Assembly: GCA_038231275.1 (NCBI GenBank) | Contig: JBBRLQ010000023.1 | Span: forward strand, 32,001-96,000 | Length of the DNA stretch: 64,000 bases | Direction: 5' to 3' | Origin: Polyangiales bacterium | Lineage (GTDB): Bacteria; Myxococcota_A; Polyangia; Polyangiales; Polyangiaceae | In this document: one piece after another, positions 13,701-21,580 of the stretch | Position numbering within the stretch: the stretch's first letter is position 1 | Layout: every line of letters starts with the position of its first letter | Position numbers and translations under genes: made by a program | Notes under the pieces: generated by a model | Databases searched by the model: none | The model's input: only the letters and a program-made list of their open reading frames with translations | What the model was told of the DNA's origin: nothing

Positions 13701-13904
13701 ATGATGCGCGCGGGTGGCGACGGCACGCCCACGCTCGTCGAGCAGGCAGCGCTCGCGGTCATCACGAAGCTCCGCGCCGGCGGCCTCCTCCCGATCCCGG
13801 CGGAGCCCGCGATTTGCCGCACGTGCCGCGCGCGTGGCGGGTGCAGGCAGCCGCGCTTCGCCGTCGCCCCGGAGGAGGACGAGGGCGAGGAGGGATTGGT
13901 GTAG
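10791..13904 (+). CDS. AddB-like inactive helicase / PD-(D/E)XK nuclease
   Basis: C-terminal SLERVADCAF, GKIDRVD, AIDYKG, QVPLY and CRTCRARGGC. TTG start overlaps the slt stop (TTGA). Confidence 0.85.
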   Translation: MTEKVIVESERQVERLAREGTVAETRSTLARRLIEQLAPDLELASPELARLALDVALARDASRDPLLARLARAGGSAWLRTVDALDTALGALRKAAVTADALADAATAGGVAGARARTLEAAMRGLDDGLERAGLVDGRAAGSRLARVLATVSPDAIAAAVGGVRVVARGIVTWDAADIAWWRGLDLALSRRGGGAKVELPSFDRVLEPDRERDPLEIIADDLARGLDDAPAFAAIDAPLGDLRFEGALPREATTQLEVRRAADAIAQARAVADAVTDAILAGAPIDRIAVALPRLDEETMAPLRRVFDDAGLVAHDPRGPAPAGAGLVACAMDALAIAARGLPRRDVAVLLRSRYLDVQTLTGIAERRDATSKLLDLARALEETPTARDADGRGPVAAMVATARAYRPRADREEEPSVVMSRADLASRIGQILARGGAARTASEHATSARTLFAALGLGPRIGHGARVALAKDAPPLGVARAELRALARDAHAWDVLTRAIDAYEAAARRLGLADAPASDEAFRHHLARVLEVGAPPLGAARAGTLRVARLAELAHEELALLVVVDANDGVLPSSPAPDPLVPDALSTLLRKQAPAAAPAGHSLRRARELAALGLAVAGASRVVVTCRARDEQGGLLAAAPLVAWLEKGNVPSVPFRASRIRDRALSPSDARLAWLASAPEHAAVLAPDAARRAAIEGRRESFFYDPSRAGDEVVGALTSTSEIAHALAAETGASHPLAVTSLERVADCAFKGFAEVVLGARDREPRGELPDVREEGTLVHAALAAAFRATADLWTARPRDAAAIEARALAAADALFAGELVGSSLRDIMVARARDSVRAVLAWSLTDDAWDFFAAEQPFGEAGPGAWPPFAIEAAGAIVKLRGKIDRVDAAHAAARARAIDYKGNKRKAADVARTLGSTSFQVPLYALVAARATERPGAAGLYLPTGARDLSPDYAPKDAFTKKWADLMMRAGGDGTPTLVEQAALAVITKLRAGGLLPIPAEPAICRTCRARGGCRQPRFAVAPEEDEGEEGLV

Positions 13905-13913
13905 GGTGACCGC

Positions 13914-16900
13914 GTGGAGTCCCCGGCCGACCTCCTCTTTCCCTTCCGCCGGAACCTCGTCGTCGCCGCGAGCGCCGGCACGGGAAAGACACACGCGCTG
14001 GTCGGCGTCATCGTCCACATGGTCGTCGGCGCTGGCGAGCTCGGCGGCAACGGACTGCACGCGCCGGTCGATCCGTCGCGCATCGTCGCGACGACCTTCT
14101 CTCGGAAGGCCGCCGCCGAGATCCGCGCACGCGTCGTCGAAGAGCTCGAGCGCCTCGTCGCCGGTGACCCCAGCGCCAAGTACCGCGCCGATCTCGATCG
14201 CGCCTGCGAGAGGGTAGGCGCGCTCCCGTGGGGCGATCACCACGTCAAGGAGCGCGCGCGGAAGGCCCTCGACGGCATCGGCCGCGCGCAGATCGGGACG
14301 CTGCACGGCTTCGCGACGACGCTGGTGCGTGCGCATGCGCTGGAGGCCGGCCTCTCCCCCAGCTTCGAGATCGCGGCAGAGGACGACGCCCGGAAGCGCA
14401 TCGAAGAGGCCATCGTTCGGGTGCTCGAGCGTCGCCTAGGGCCGGATCTACGGGACTTGGTCGACGCCGCGGGTGGCGTGGATCGGCTCGTCGCTCAGCT
14501 CGCCTCGCAGCTCGCGCGCCTCGAGGAGGACGGTCGTGGCGCGGCGGCGCTGACGGTCGCGTCCGACGACGCGCGCAGGATCGACGACGCGATGCGCGAG
14601 CTCGTCGAGCACGCCAGGGCCCTCTCGTCCGAGGAGAAGCTCGCCGAGGTCGCGACGGGCATGCTCTCGGCATGGAGCGCTGCGGAGCCTGGCGCGATCG
14701 TCGACGCCGCCACCGCGCTCTGCGGCCTGCGCCTGTCCGCGAAGAGGGGCCCCGCCCTCGAGGCCTTCCAGGTCTTCCGCGGCGAGCTGCCGGGCGGGCG
14801 CATCACCAACCCCGAGCGCGGTCGCAGGCTCGCGCGCACGTGGCTCGCGCGCGATCGCTTCTGCGGTGCCGCGACGGCGGCGCGCGCGCTTCTCGTCGAG
14901 TGCCAGGACGAGATCGCGAAGGATGTTCAGCGGACGAGCCTCCTCGGCTTCGGGGACGTGCTCCGCGTCGCGCGCGACGTTCTCCGCGACGATATGGGCG
15001 CGGCGCGCGAGGTCGCGGCGTCGCTGGATGCATTGCTCGTCGACGAGTTCCAGGACACGTCACGCCTCCAGCGCGAGCTCGTGCAGCTCCTCTGGGCCCG
15101 TGACGAGCGCCGCGTCGCCGGCGAGGTCCCCGCGATCGGAGACGTCCGCCCGCACGGCCTCTTCGTCGTCGGCGACCGCAAGCAATCCATCTACGGTTTT
15201 CGGGGCGCCGACGTTGGCGTCTTCGCGGAGCTGTGCGTCGGCCTCGCGGGGGCACCTGCACGGAGCGCGCTCGGGATCGCGCCAGGCGCAGCGTGGGAGC
15301 CCGCCACGCCGCTCGCGGATTTCGTCTCGCTGCGCCACAACCGCCGCGGCAACGCCGGCTTGCTGGCCTTCGCGAACGCGTTCAGCCGCGAGCGCTTCAC
15401 GGTTCGCGAGCCTCCGCCGGAGTTGTACGAGATCGCCTACGTTCCCGAGACGGAGGATCTCGTCGTCCCGCCCGAGCGCGACGCGACGGTGCACGTCGCC
15501 ACGACCTGGCTGCGCTGGGACGAGGACGCGAAGGTGTCGCGCGTCGACGAAGGCGTCGCCATCGCCGACCGCATCCACCGCATGATCGACCTGGGCGAGC
15601 CTCGGGTCCGCGGAAATCCACCTTCCTACCGCGACGTCGCCGTCCTCGCGCCCACCAACGAGATGCTCGACGCCGCCGCGTTCGCGCTCGCGCAGGCCGG
15701 AGTTCCTCATGTCGTCGCCGGCCGAGGCTTCTACGCGTCGACCGAGGTGCACGACCTGAGGAGCATGCTAGCGCTGGTCCTCGATCCGAAGGACCGGCTC
15801 GCGATGCTGGAGGTCTTGCGCGGACCGTGGATGGGCGCGCACGACGAGTCGCTGCTGGCGCTCACGGATCCCGGACGCGGCCTCGCGGAGATCGGCGTCG
15901 CGTGGGAGCGCGGCGAGCGCCGTGGCCTAGCGCGTGCGGAGGATCGTGACGCCCTCGTGCGCCTCCGAGGCGTGGTCTCCGAGCTGTGGCGCAACCTCGA
16001 TCGCCTCGGGCCGGGAGGCGTCCTTCGCGAGGCCGTGCGTGAGCTCGCGCTCGAGGAGGTGCTGGTGCTCTTGCCGCGTGGCGAGCAGCGCATCGCGAAT
16101 GTGCGCAAGCTGGTGGCGTTGGCCGAACGCGAGCCGAACGTTGTTCGCTTCCTCGAGCGCCTCGATCATCTGATCGATCGCGACGCGTCGGAGTCCGAGG
16201 CCGCGACCTTCTCCGACGAGGACGACGCGGTGCGCCTCCTCACCGTCCACGCGAGCAAGGGTCTGGATTTTCCGATCGTGTTCTTGCCGGAGCTTGGACG
16301 AATGCCGCGCGTGCGCGAACGCGGGACGCTCGCGATCGATCTCGGCACGGCCGGTGAGGCGCCCGTCATCGCCGCGCGCATCCCCGATCCGCAAGGCGGC
16401 ACTCTGGAGCCGCCGTCGTACACGCGCGTCATTCGTACCGCCGATCGCCGCGACCGAGCCGAAAGGCAGCGCCTCGCGTACGTCGCCGCCACGCGGGCGT
16501 CGACCGCGATGATCCTCCTCGGCGATCGCCGCCCGCCCAAGAGCGGCGACGGCCTCCGCTACTTCGCGACCGACGCCGCGGCGCTGCGTGCGCTGGCCGA
16601 GGATCCGTTGCGTGCGGAGGCGGCGGCGCTCGCCGTCGAGGTCGTGCCGCCGACCGAGGTGCGGTCTGCCCTCTCGCCGGACGCCTCGCCGCTGCCGCCG
16701 CCGCCCATCGATCCGCGCCCGTCCCCCCCGGCGTGGCGATCGCTCGCGATCGCGCCGACGTCGCTCCAGGATTTCTCGCACTGCCCGCGTCGCTTCCAGT
16801 TGGTCCACGTCCTCGGCTTGCCCGAGCGTGTACCCGCAGCGCTCGCCATCGCCGAGCCGCGCGAGCAAGAGAGCGGAGCCGGCACGGCGCGTCTCGACGC

Positions 16901-17552
16901 GCGCGCGGAAGGCACCCTGGCGCATCGAGTCCTCGAGCGGCTGCCCAAGGATGCCTTCGGTTCGCCGGACGTCGCGCGGATCGCGAGCGAGATGCTCGCA
17001 CGCGAGGGGATCGCGCCCGATGACCCAGCCCACGCGCTCGTCGTGGCGAGGGTCGCGAAATTTGCAGGGGGCGCCTACGCGGCGCGCGTCGCGAGGGGAG
17101 GTGGCGATCTCGCGCGCGAGGTGCCGTTCGTCTTGCGGGTGCCCGACGCCGAGGGGCGCGTGGTCGCCCTGCGGGGCAGCATCGATCTCCTGGTGACGTG
17201 GCCCAACGGGAGCGTGGAGGTCGTCGACTACAAGCGCGCGCGCGGGCCATCGTCGGATCCGTACGCGTTCCAGCTCGATCTCTATCTCCTCGCCGCGCGC
17301 GAGATGCATCCGCGCGCGCCGCGAATGCGGGCCGGCATCGTCTTCCTCGGCGGAGACGCAGGCGAACCGGTGTGGCGTGCGTCGAAGGATCCGGCACGCA
17401 TGCGCGCGCACCTCGCCGAGCTGGCCGCGAAGCTCGTGCACGCGCGCTGGACGGAGTCATTTCCTCGCGTGCCGCCGCCTCGCTGCCGGGCCATTCGTTG
17501 CGGTTACTTCAGGAGCTGCCACCCCGGCGAACGCACGACGGAGCGGGCATGA
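13914..17552 (+). CDS. AddA-like UvrD-family helicase with C-terminal PD-(D/E)XK nuclease
   Basis: ASAGTGKT, VDEFQDTS, VGDRKQSIYGFRGAD, TVHASKGLDF and YVAATRA helicase motifs; nuclease GSIDLL..VVDYKR..QLDLY. Confidence 0.92.
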   Translation: MESPADLLFPFRRNLVVAASAGTGKTHALVGVIVHMVVGAGELGGNGLHAPVDPSRIVATTFSRKAAAEIRARVVEELERLVAGDPSAKYRADLDRACERVGALPWGDHHVKERARKALDGIGRAQIGTLHGFATTLVRAHALEAGLSPSFEIAAEDDARKRIEEAIVRVLERRLGPDLRDLVDAAGGVDRLVAQLASQLARLEEDGRGAAALTVASDDARRIDDAMRELVEHARALSSEEKLAEVATGMLSAWSAAEPGAIVDAATALCGLRLSAKRGPALEAFQVFRGELPGGRITNPERGRRLARTWLARDRFCGAATAARALLVECQDEIAKDVQRTSLLGFGDVLRVARDVLRDDMGAAREVAASLDALLVDEFQDTSRLQRELVQLLWARDERRVAGEVPAIGDVRPHGLFVVGDRKQSIYGFRGADVGVFAELCVGLAGAPARSALGIAPGAAWEPATPLADFVSLRHNRRGNAGLLAFANAFSRERFTVREPPPELYEIAYVPETEDLVVPPERDATVHVATTWLRWDEDAKVSRVDEGVAIADRIHRMIDLGEPRVRGNPPSYRDVAVLAPTNEMLDAAAFALAQAGVPHVVAGRGFYASTEVHDLRSMLALVLDPKDRLAMLEVLRGPWMGAHDESLLALTDPGRGLAEIGVAWERGERRGLARAEDRDALVRLRGVVSELWRNLDRLGPGGVLREAVRELALEEVLVLLPRGEQRIANVRKLVALAEREPNVVRFLERLDHLIDRDASESEAATFSDEDDAVRLLTVHASKGLDFPIVFLPELGRMPRVRERGTLAIDLGTAGEAPVIAARIPDPQGGTLEPPSYTRVIRTADRRDRAERQRLAYVAATRASTAMILLGDRRPPKSGDGLRYFATDAAALRALAEDPLRAEAAALAVEVVPPTEVRSALSPDASPLPPPPIDPRPSPPAWRSLAIAPTSLQDFSHCPRRFQLVHVLGLPERVPAALAIAEPREQESGAGTARLDARAEGTLAHRVLERLPKDAFGSPDVARIASEMLAREGIAPDDPAHALVVARVAKFAGGAYAARVARGGGDLAREVPFVLRVPDAEGRVVALRGSIDLLVTWPNGSVEVVDYKRARGPSSDPYAFQLDLYLLAAREMHPRAPRMRAGIVFLGGDAGEPVWRASKDPARMRAHLAELAAKLVHARWTESFPRVPPPRCRAIRCGYFRSCHPGERTTERA

Positions 17553-18204
17553 GCATGCGCTCGGCGAGCGAGCAGTAGCCCTCGCGCGCCACGATGACGT
17601 GATCGACCAGCGGCGTGCCGACGACCTCGGCCGCCTCCGCGATGCGCTCGGTGAAGACGAGGTCCTCCGGGCTCGGCGTCGGATCGCCGCTCGGGTGGTT
17701 GTGGACGAGCACGAAGGCGCTCGCCCCTTCGCGGAGCGCGCAGCGCAGCGGATCCCGCGTGCCGACTTGCATCCCATGCAGCCCGCCCATCGCCACCCGC
17801 CGCGCCGCGCGTAGCCGATTCGCCCCGTCGAGCGCGACGACCCACAGCTCTTCGTGCTCGAGCGCCGCCAGTCGCGGGCGGGCCCATCGCCACACATCCG
17901 CCCCGTCGCGAATCCGCAGCGGCGCGGGATCTGCCGACGCGCGCCGCCCGAGCTCCATCGCCGCCGCGATTCGCGCCGCCTTCGCCGCTCCCACGCCTGC
18001 GCGCGCCGCGAGCCCGCCGAGGCCCGCGCGTGCGACGCCCGCGAGATCTCCGTGTTCGTCGAGCAGGGCGGCCGCGAGGGCGAGCACCCCTTCCTTCGCG
18101 TGCCCGGTCCCGAGCAATAGCGCGATCAGCTCGGAGTCGGCGAGCGCGCCAATCCCGTCCTCCACCGCGCGCTCGCGCGGCCCTCGTGTCGGAAGCGGCT
18201 GCAT
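17509..18204 (-). CDS. radC: RadC family JAB-domain protein
   Basis: GPRER, L.DSELIALLLGTG, HEEL, VHNHPSGDPTPSPED and LVDHVIV motifs. Confidence 0.95.
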   Translation of the reverse strand: MQPLPTRGPRERAVEDGIGALADSELIALLLGTGHAKEGVLALAAALLDEHGDLAGVARAGLGGLAARAGVGAAKAARIAAAMELGRRASADPAPLRIRDGADVWRWARPRLAALEHEELWVVALDGANRLRAARRVAMGGLHGMQVGTRDPLRCALREGASAFVLVHNHPSGDPTPSPEDLVFTERIAEAAEVVGTPLVDHVIVAREGYCSLAERMLMPAPSCVRRGGSS

Positions 18205-18216
18205 GCCCAGCGCTAG

Positions 18217-18232
18217 AGCACTCGCCGTGCCA
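18217..18232 (-). promoter_or_regulatory. Putative sigma54 promoter directly upstream of radC
   Basis: TGGCACGGCGAGTGCT (GG-N10-GC) with an AT-rich patch further upstream (18238-18252). Confidence 0.6.
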
Positions 18233-18367
18233 CGCGCATTTTACTGAAAAATCCTTCTCGCCGGCGCGCGCCGCACCGTCCCGTTCGCCGGTGGGGTGTC
18301 CCCGGACGCCCGCGCCGAGGTCTCCGTGCACGCGTGCGTGCAACGTCTGGCTGCCGGGTGAGACCGG

Positions 18368-19309
18368 TCAGCTTCCGCAGATGCCGACGACGCCGCTGAA
18401 CGTCGTGCCGCTCGCCCGGCACGCCTGGCCCATCGGGCACGGATGCTGGCCGGAGCCCTTCGCGGTGTCGCAGAGCTGGAAGCACTTGCGCGCGCCCGGC
18501 GCGCCGAGGCACACGAGGTCCTTGTCGCAGTGGTTCGTCTCGCAGTCCTCGCCGATTCCGCGGGGGCCGATGTCGAGGCACGTCTTGATCTCGAGCGCCT
18601 TGGCGTCGAGGGCGACGCCGCACTGCTTGTCGGCCGGGCACTGCGCGGAGTACTGGGAGAGGAGCTCGCAGCTCTTGGTCGGCATGCACACCGGCACCAT
18701 CAAGCTGTTGCTGCTGACGATCGGCTGCACGTCGCAGAACGTCGTCGGCTCGCAGGCGTTGGCCTCGCAGCAATACTTTCGGCACTGCGCCTGGGTGTTC
18801 GAGTTGGCGCCGACGCATTCGTGCCCCGCCATGCACTGCGCCGAGGCGAAGCAGGTGCCCGTCGTGGTCCCATCAGGTGTGCACACCGGCGCAAGGCCCT
18901 GCCCCTGCGGGTCTCGCGCGACGTGGCACGCCATTGCGGCGTCCGGGTAGGCCAACGCGCCCGCGTCATTGGACTTGGCGGCTTGGTAGCAGTCGTTCGT
19001 CGCCGCGCCACTGTCCCCGGCGTTGTCGAGTTGTGCGTTGCAGACGTTGGACGGCTTGTGCCCGCAGAGAGGGCTCGAGCTGAACTCCGTGGGCAGCGGC
19101 GGCGTGACGCCTGCGTCCGCCGGTCCCAGGGGGAGCCCGCTCGTTCCGGCGTCGCCACCCGCGCCGCCGCTCCCCGCGTTGCTGTCCGCCGCTGCGGGGG
19201 CGAACGAATCGGACGAGGCGACGCCAAGCCCGCCGCACCCAGCCGCCGCCGCGATGGCGCAGGACGCCAGCAGCAAGACGATGGGGAGGGCGGTGCGTCG
19301 AAGCGACAT
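18368..19309 (-). CDS. Cys-rich lipoprotein, hypothetical
   Basis: Signal peptide with AAAGC lipobox, DAG linker, many Cys in C-x5-C-x5-C style modules. Confidence 0.8.
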   Translation of the reverse strand: MSLRRTALPIVLLLASCAIAAAAGCGGLGVASSDSFAPAAADSNAGSGGAGGDAGTSGLPLGPADAGVTPPLPTEFSSSPLCGHKPSNVCNAQLDNAGDSGAATNDCYQAAKSNDAGALAYPDAAMACHVARDPQGQGLAPVCTPDGTTTGTCFASAQCMAGHECVGANSNTQAQCRKYCCEANACEPTTFCDVQPIVSSNSLMVPVCMPTKSCELLSQYSAQCPADKQCGVALDAKALEIKTCLDIGPRGIGEDCETNHCDKDLVCLGAPGARKCFQLCDTAKGSGQHPCPMGQACRASGTTFSGVVGICGS

Positions 19310-19514
19310 GGTCTCGGACCTCTGAAAGCGTAGGACGTTTCGCGGAAGAAGCTCCAGCAATGCGCTGCGTTTCGAGCCTCGTGACCTTGGTGAATACACG
19401 GCGCGTGCCGGGGAATCACTCCGCGAAACAATTACCTATTTCGCCTAGTTGGCCCCCTCCGCCGCCGCTCCCCATGGCGGCGGTGTCAGGCTGAGCCAAA
19501 GGCTCGCGTGCGCT

Positions 19515-21545
19515 TCAGTTCGACTCGATCTCGTGGACGACCGAGTTACCAGCCGCATCGAACGCACGCACGGCGACGATGTGCGAGCCCGGCGGTACGA
19601 CCGCGCTCACGTCGGCGTCGAGCGCTTCGTCCGCGCTGTCGAACACGCCGTCGGCCGCGGCGAGCGGGCGCCACTCCGGCTTTCCGTCGACCGCGATTTC
19701 GAAGCGCGCGATCGGCCCGACACCATCGACGGCGCGCGCCTTCAACCTGCGGCCGGCGAGCGTCACTCCGTTCAGAAGGGGCGGCGTGTTGTCGACGAGG
19801 ACGAGCGGCGATTCGAGCGCGTGCTTCTGCACTTGATCGGGCGGGTTCGACGGCTCGTCGCTCGCCTCGATGCGCACGCGGTACTTTCCCTCCGGGAGCG
19901 CCAGCGTCTCCCAGTCGAACTCACTCTTCGTCAGAATTTCTTCGCCCTTCAGCGCGTCGCGCCAGAGGTTCTGTCCTTCACGTCGGAATGCGACGCGGTA
20001 GCGGAGCGGATCGTTGTCGGGGTTGTCGACCTTCCACGACACCTTCACGACGCTCTCGTGCTTCGGGGGCTCGCCGCCGCTGGCCGGCACCGTCGCACTG
20101 CCGCCCTCGCGTGAGCCGCGATGCGCGGCGCTTACCTCGGTCACGACCGGCCGAACGTTGTCGGTCACGAACGGCAACGTCACGCCGCCTAGCACCGCCT
20201 TGGGATCGCCGCCCCAACGCGCGCGCACCTGCACGTAGCGGCCAGGCGCCGCGGGGACGACGCCGGGGGCACGGACCGGGTTCGCCCAGCCGCTCCACGT
20301 CGCGTCGGGCGCCGCGGAGTTGCCGGTGCGAATGGACATCTCGAGCACGCCGTTGGCGCGCCAGGAGAGGACGCCGTACTTCGCGCGCAGACCCGCATCG
20401 AGGACCTTGCTCGTCCACACCGCGTCGCCGCCGCCGCGCGCGACCACGCGATGGAACACGGCGCCGTCGCTCGTCGCCACGAACGCCCGCTGCGCGGACA
20501 CGTCGAGCGCGCCGACCTGCCGCTCGTCGGTGTCGGCCACGAGCGTCACCGCGTGCGCGTCGTTGACCGAGTAAACACGGCCTTCCGCGCCGGTGCCGAC
20601 GTACGCCACGCCCTGCTCGTCGAGCGCCAGCGCGGTGTAGTGCATGTCGTCGTGGTGCATCATCTTCTCGGGTCGACCCTGCGCGTCGAAGCGGAAGAGC
20701 GTGCCCTTGCCGGGCTTCGCCTTGGTCGTCGACGTCGGGCCGGACTGCGCGCGCCCGGCGGCCGGGTTCTTACGCGGCGCCTCGGGCGGCTCTCCGTACT
20801 CGTTGCCGGCCGCCCACACGATGCCCTTCCACAGCGCGATGCTCTTCACCTCTTCGCCAGGAAAGTCGTAGACGACCGTCGCGCGTCCCGGCGCGGTGAT
20901 GCGGTAGAGGAGGCCCTTGCCGCTCGAGCCCGCGTACACGTCGCCGTTGTCGGCCACGGCGACCGAGACCATCTGCGGCTCGTCGGACTGGTAGTGGACG
21001 CTCGCTTGACCGCCGGCCTCGATGCGGAAGACCTTTCCCTCGGGACCGGTCGCCGCGAAGACCGACGACTTGTTCTTGTCGAGCGCCAGCGCCCAGATGT
21101 GGCTCGTGTCGGGCAGGTTGACGAAGACGTCGGCCTTGCCCTGGCTGCACTTGAAGATTTTTCCCTCGGGCATGGTCGCCGCGTAGATGACGCCGCTCGC
21201 GGCTTGCACGAGCGAGGTGACGGCGAGCGCCTTCGTGTCGCAGAAGACCGAGACCTGGTCGCCTTGCACCTTGAGCACCTTGCCGTTCGGGCTCGTGCCG
21301 ACCAGCACGCTCCCGTCGGCGAGGGGCAGCGCGGAGAAGACGCTCGTGGCGTCCGGCAAAGGGACGTTGCCGAGCGTGAAGCCCGCGCGCACGACGCCAT
21401 CGGAGCCGACGGCGACGCCCTTCAGGTCGCCGCCCGACAGGCGCTCGAGCGTGTCGAGCTCGAAGGTCCGCGTTCCGACGGCGAGCGCGGAAGATGCCAA
21501 GAAGCCGAGCGACGCGACGGTCGCAGTCAGCGGGAGAAAGCGCAT
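19515..21545 (-). CDS. Secreted beta-propeller protein with C-terminal FN3/Ig-like domains
   Basis: Signal peptide; repeated blades (G.VY.GT.P.GKV.RI); tail with DNDPLRY..F, LPEGKYRVRIEASD and DNTPP. Confidence 0.85.
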   Translation of the reverse strand: MRFLPLTATVASLGFLASSALAVGTRTFELDTLERLSGGDLKGVAVGSDGVVRAGFTLGNVPLPDATSVFSALPLADGSVLVGTSPNGKVLKVQGDQVSVFCDTKALAVTSLVQAASGVIYAATMPEGKIFKCSQGKADVFVNLPDTSHIWALALDKNKSSVFAATGPEGKVFRIEAGGQASVHYQSDEPQMVSVAVADNGDVYAGSSGKGLLYRITAPGRATVVYDFPGEEVKSIALWKGIVWAAGNEYGEPPEAPRKNPAAGRAQSGPTSTTKAKPGKGTLFRFDAQGRPEKMMHHDDMHYTALALDEQGVAYVGTGAEGRVYSVNDAHAVTLVADTDERQVGALDVSAQRAFVATSDGAVFHRVVARGGGDAVWTSKVLDAGLRAKYGVLSWRANGVLEMSIRTGNSAAPDATWSGWANPVRAPGVVPAAPGRYVQVRARWGGDPKAVLGGVTLPFVTDNVRPVVTEVSAAHRGSREGGSATVPASGGEPPKHESVVKVSWKVDNPDNDPLRYRVAFRREGQNLWRDALKGEEILTKSEFDWETLALPEGKYRVRIEASDEPSNPPDQVQKHALESPLVLVDNTPPLLNGVTLAGRRLKARAVDGVGPIARFEIAVDGKPEWRPLAAADGVFDSADEALDADVSAVVPPGSHIVAVRAFDAAGNSVVHEIESN

Positions 21546-21580
21546 GAGGCCTATTTTACACGGCTTCGCAGCGAAGATCT

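Noticed and set aside
10791..18204. Helicase, nucleases and JAB protein as an anti-phage defence island
   Set aside because: Architecture and codon usage fit housekeeping AddAB and full-length RadC; no mobile or defence context.
19394..19409. CGGCACGCGCCGTGTA sigma54-like box on the minus strand
   Set aside because: Lacks the invariant GC at -12.
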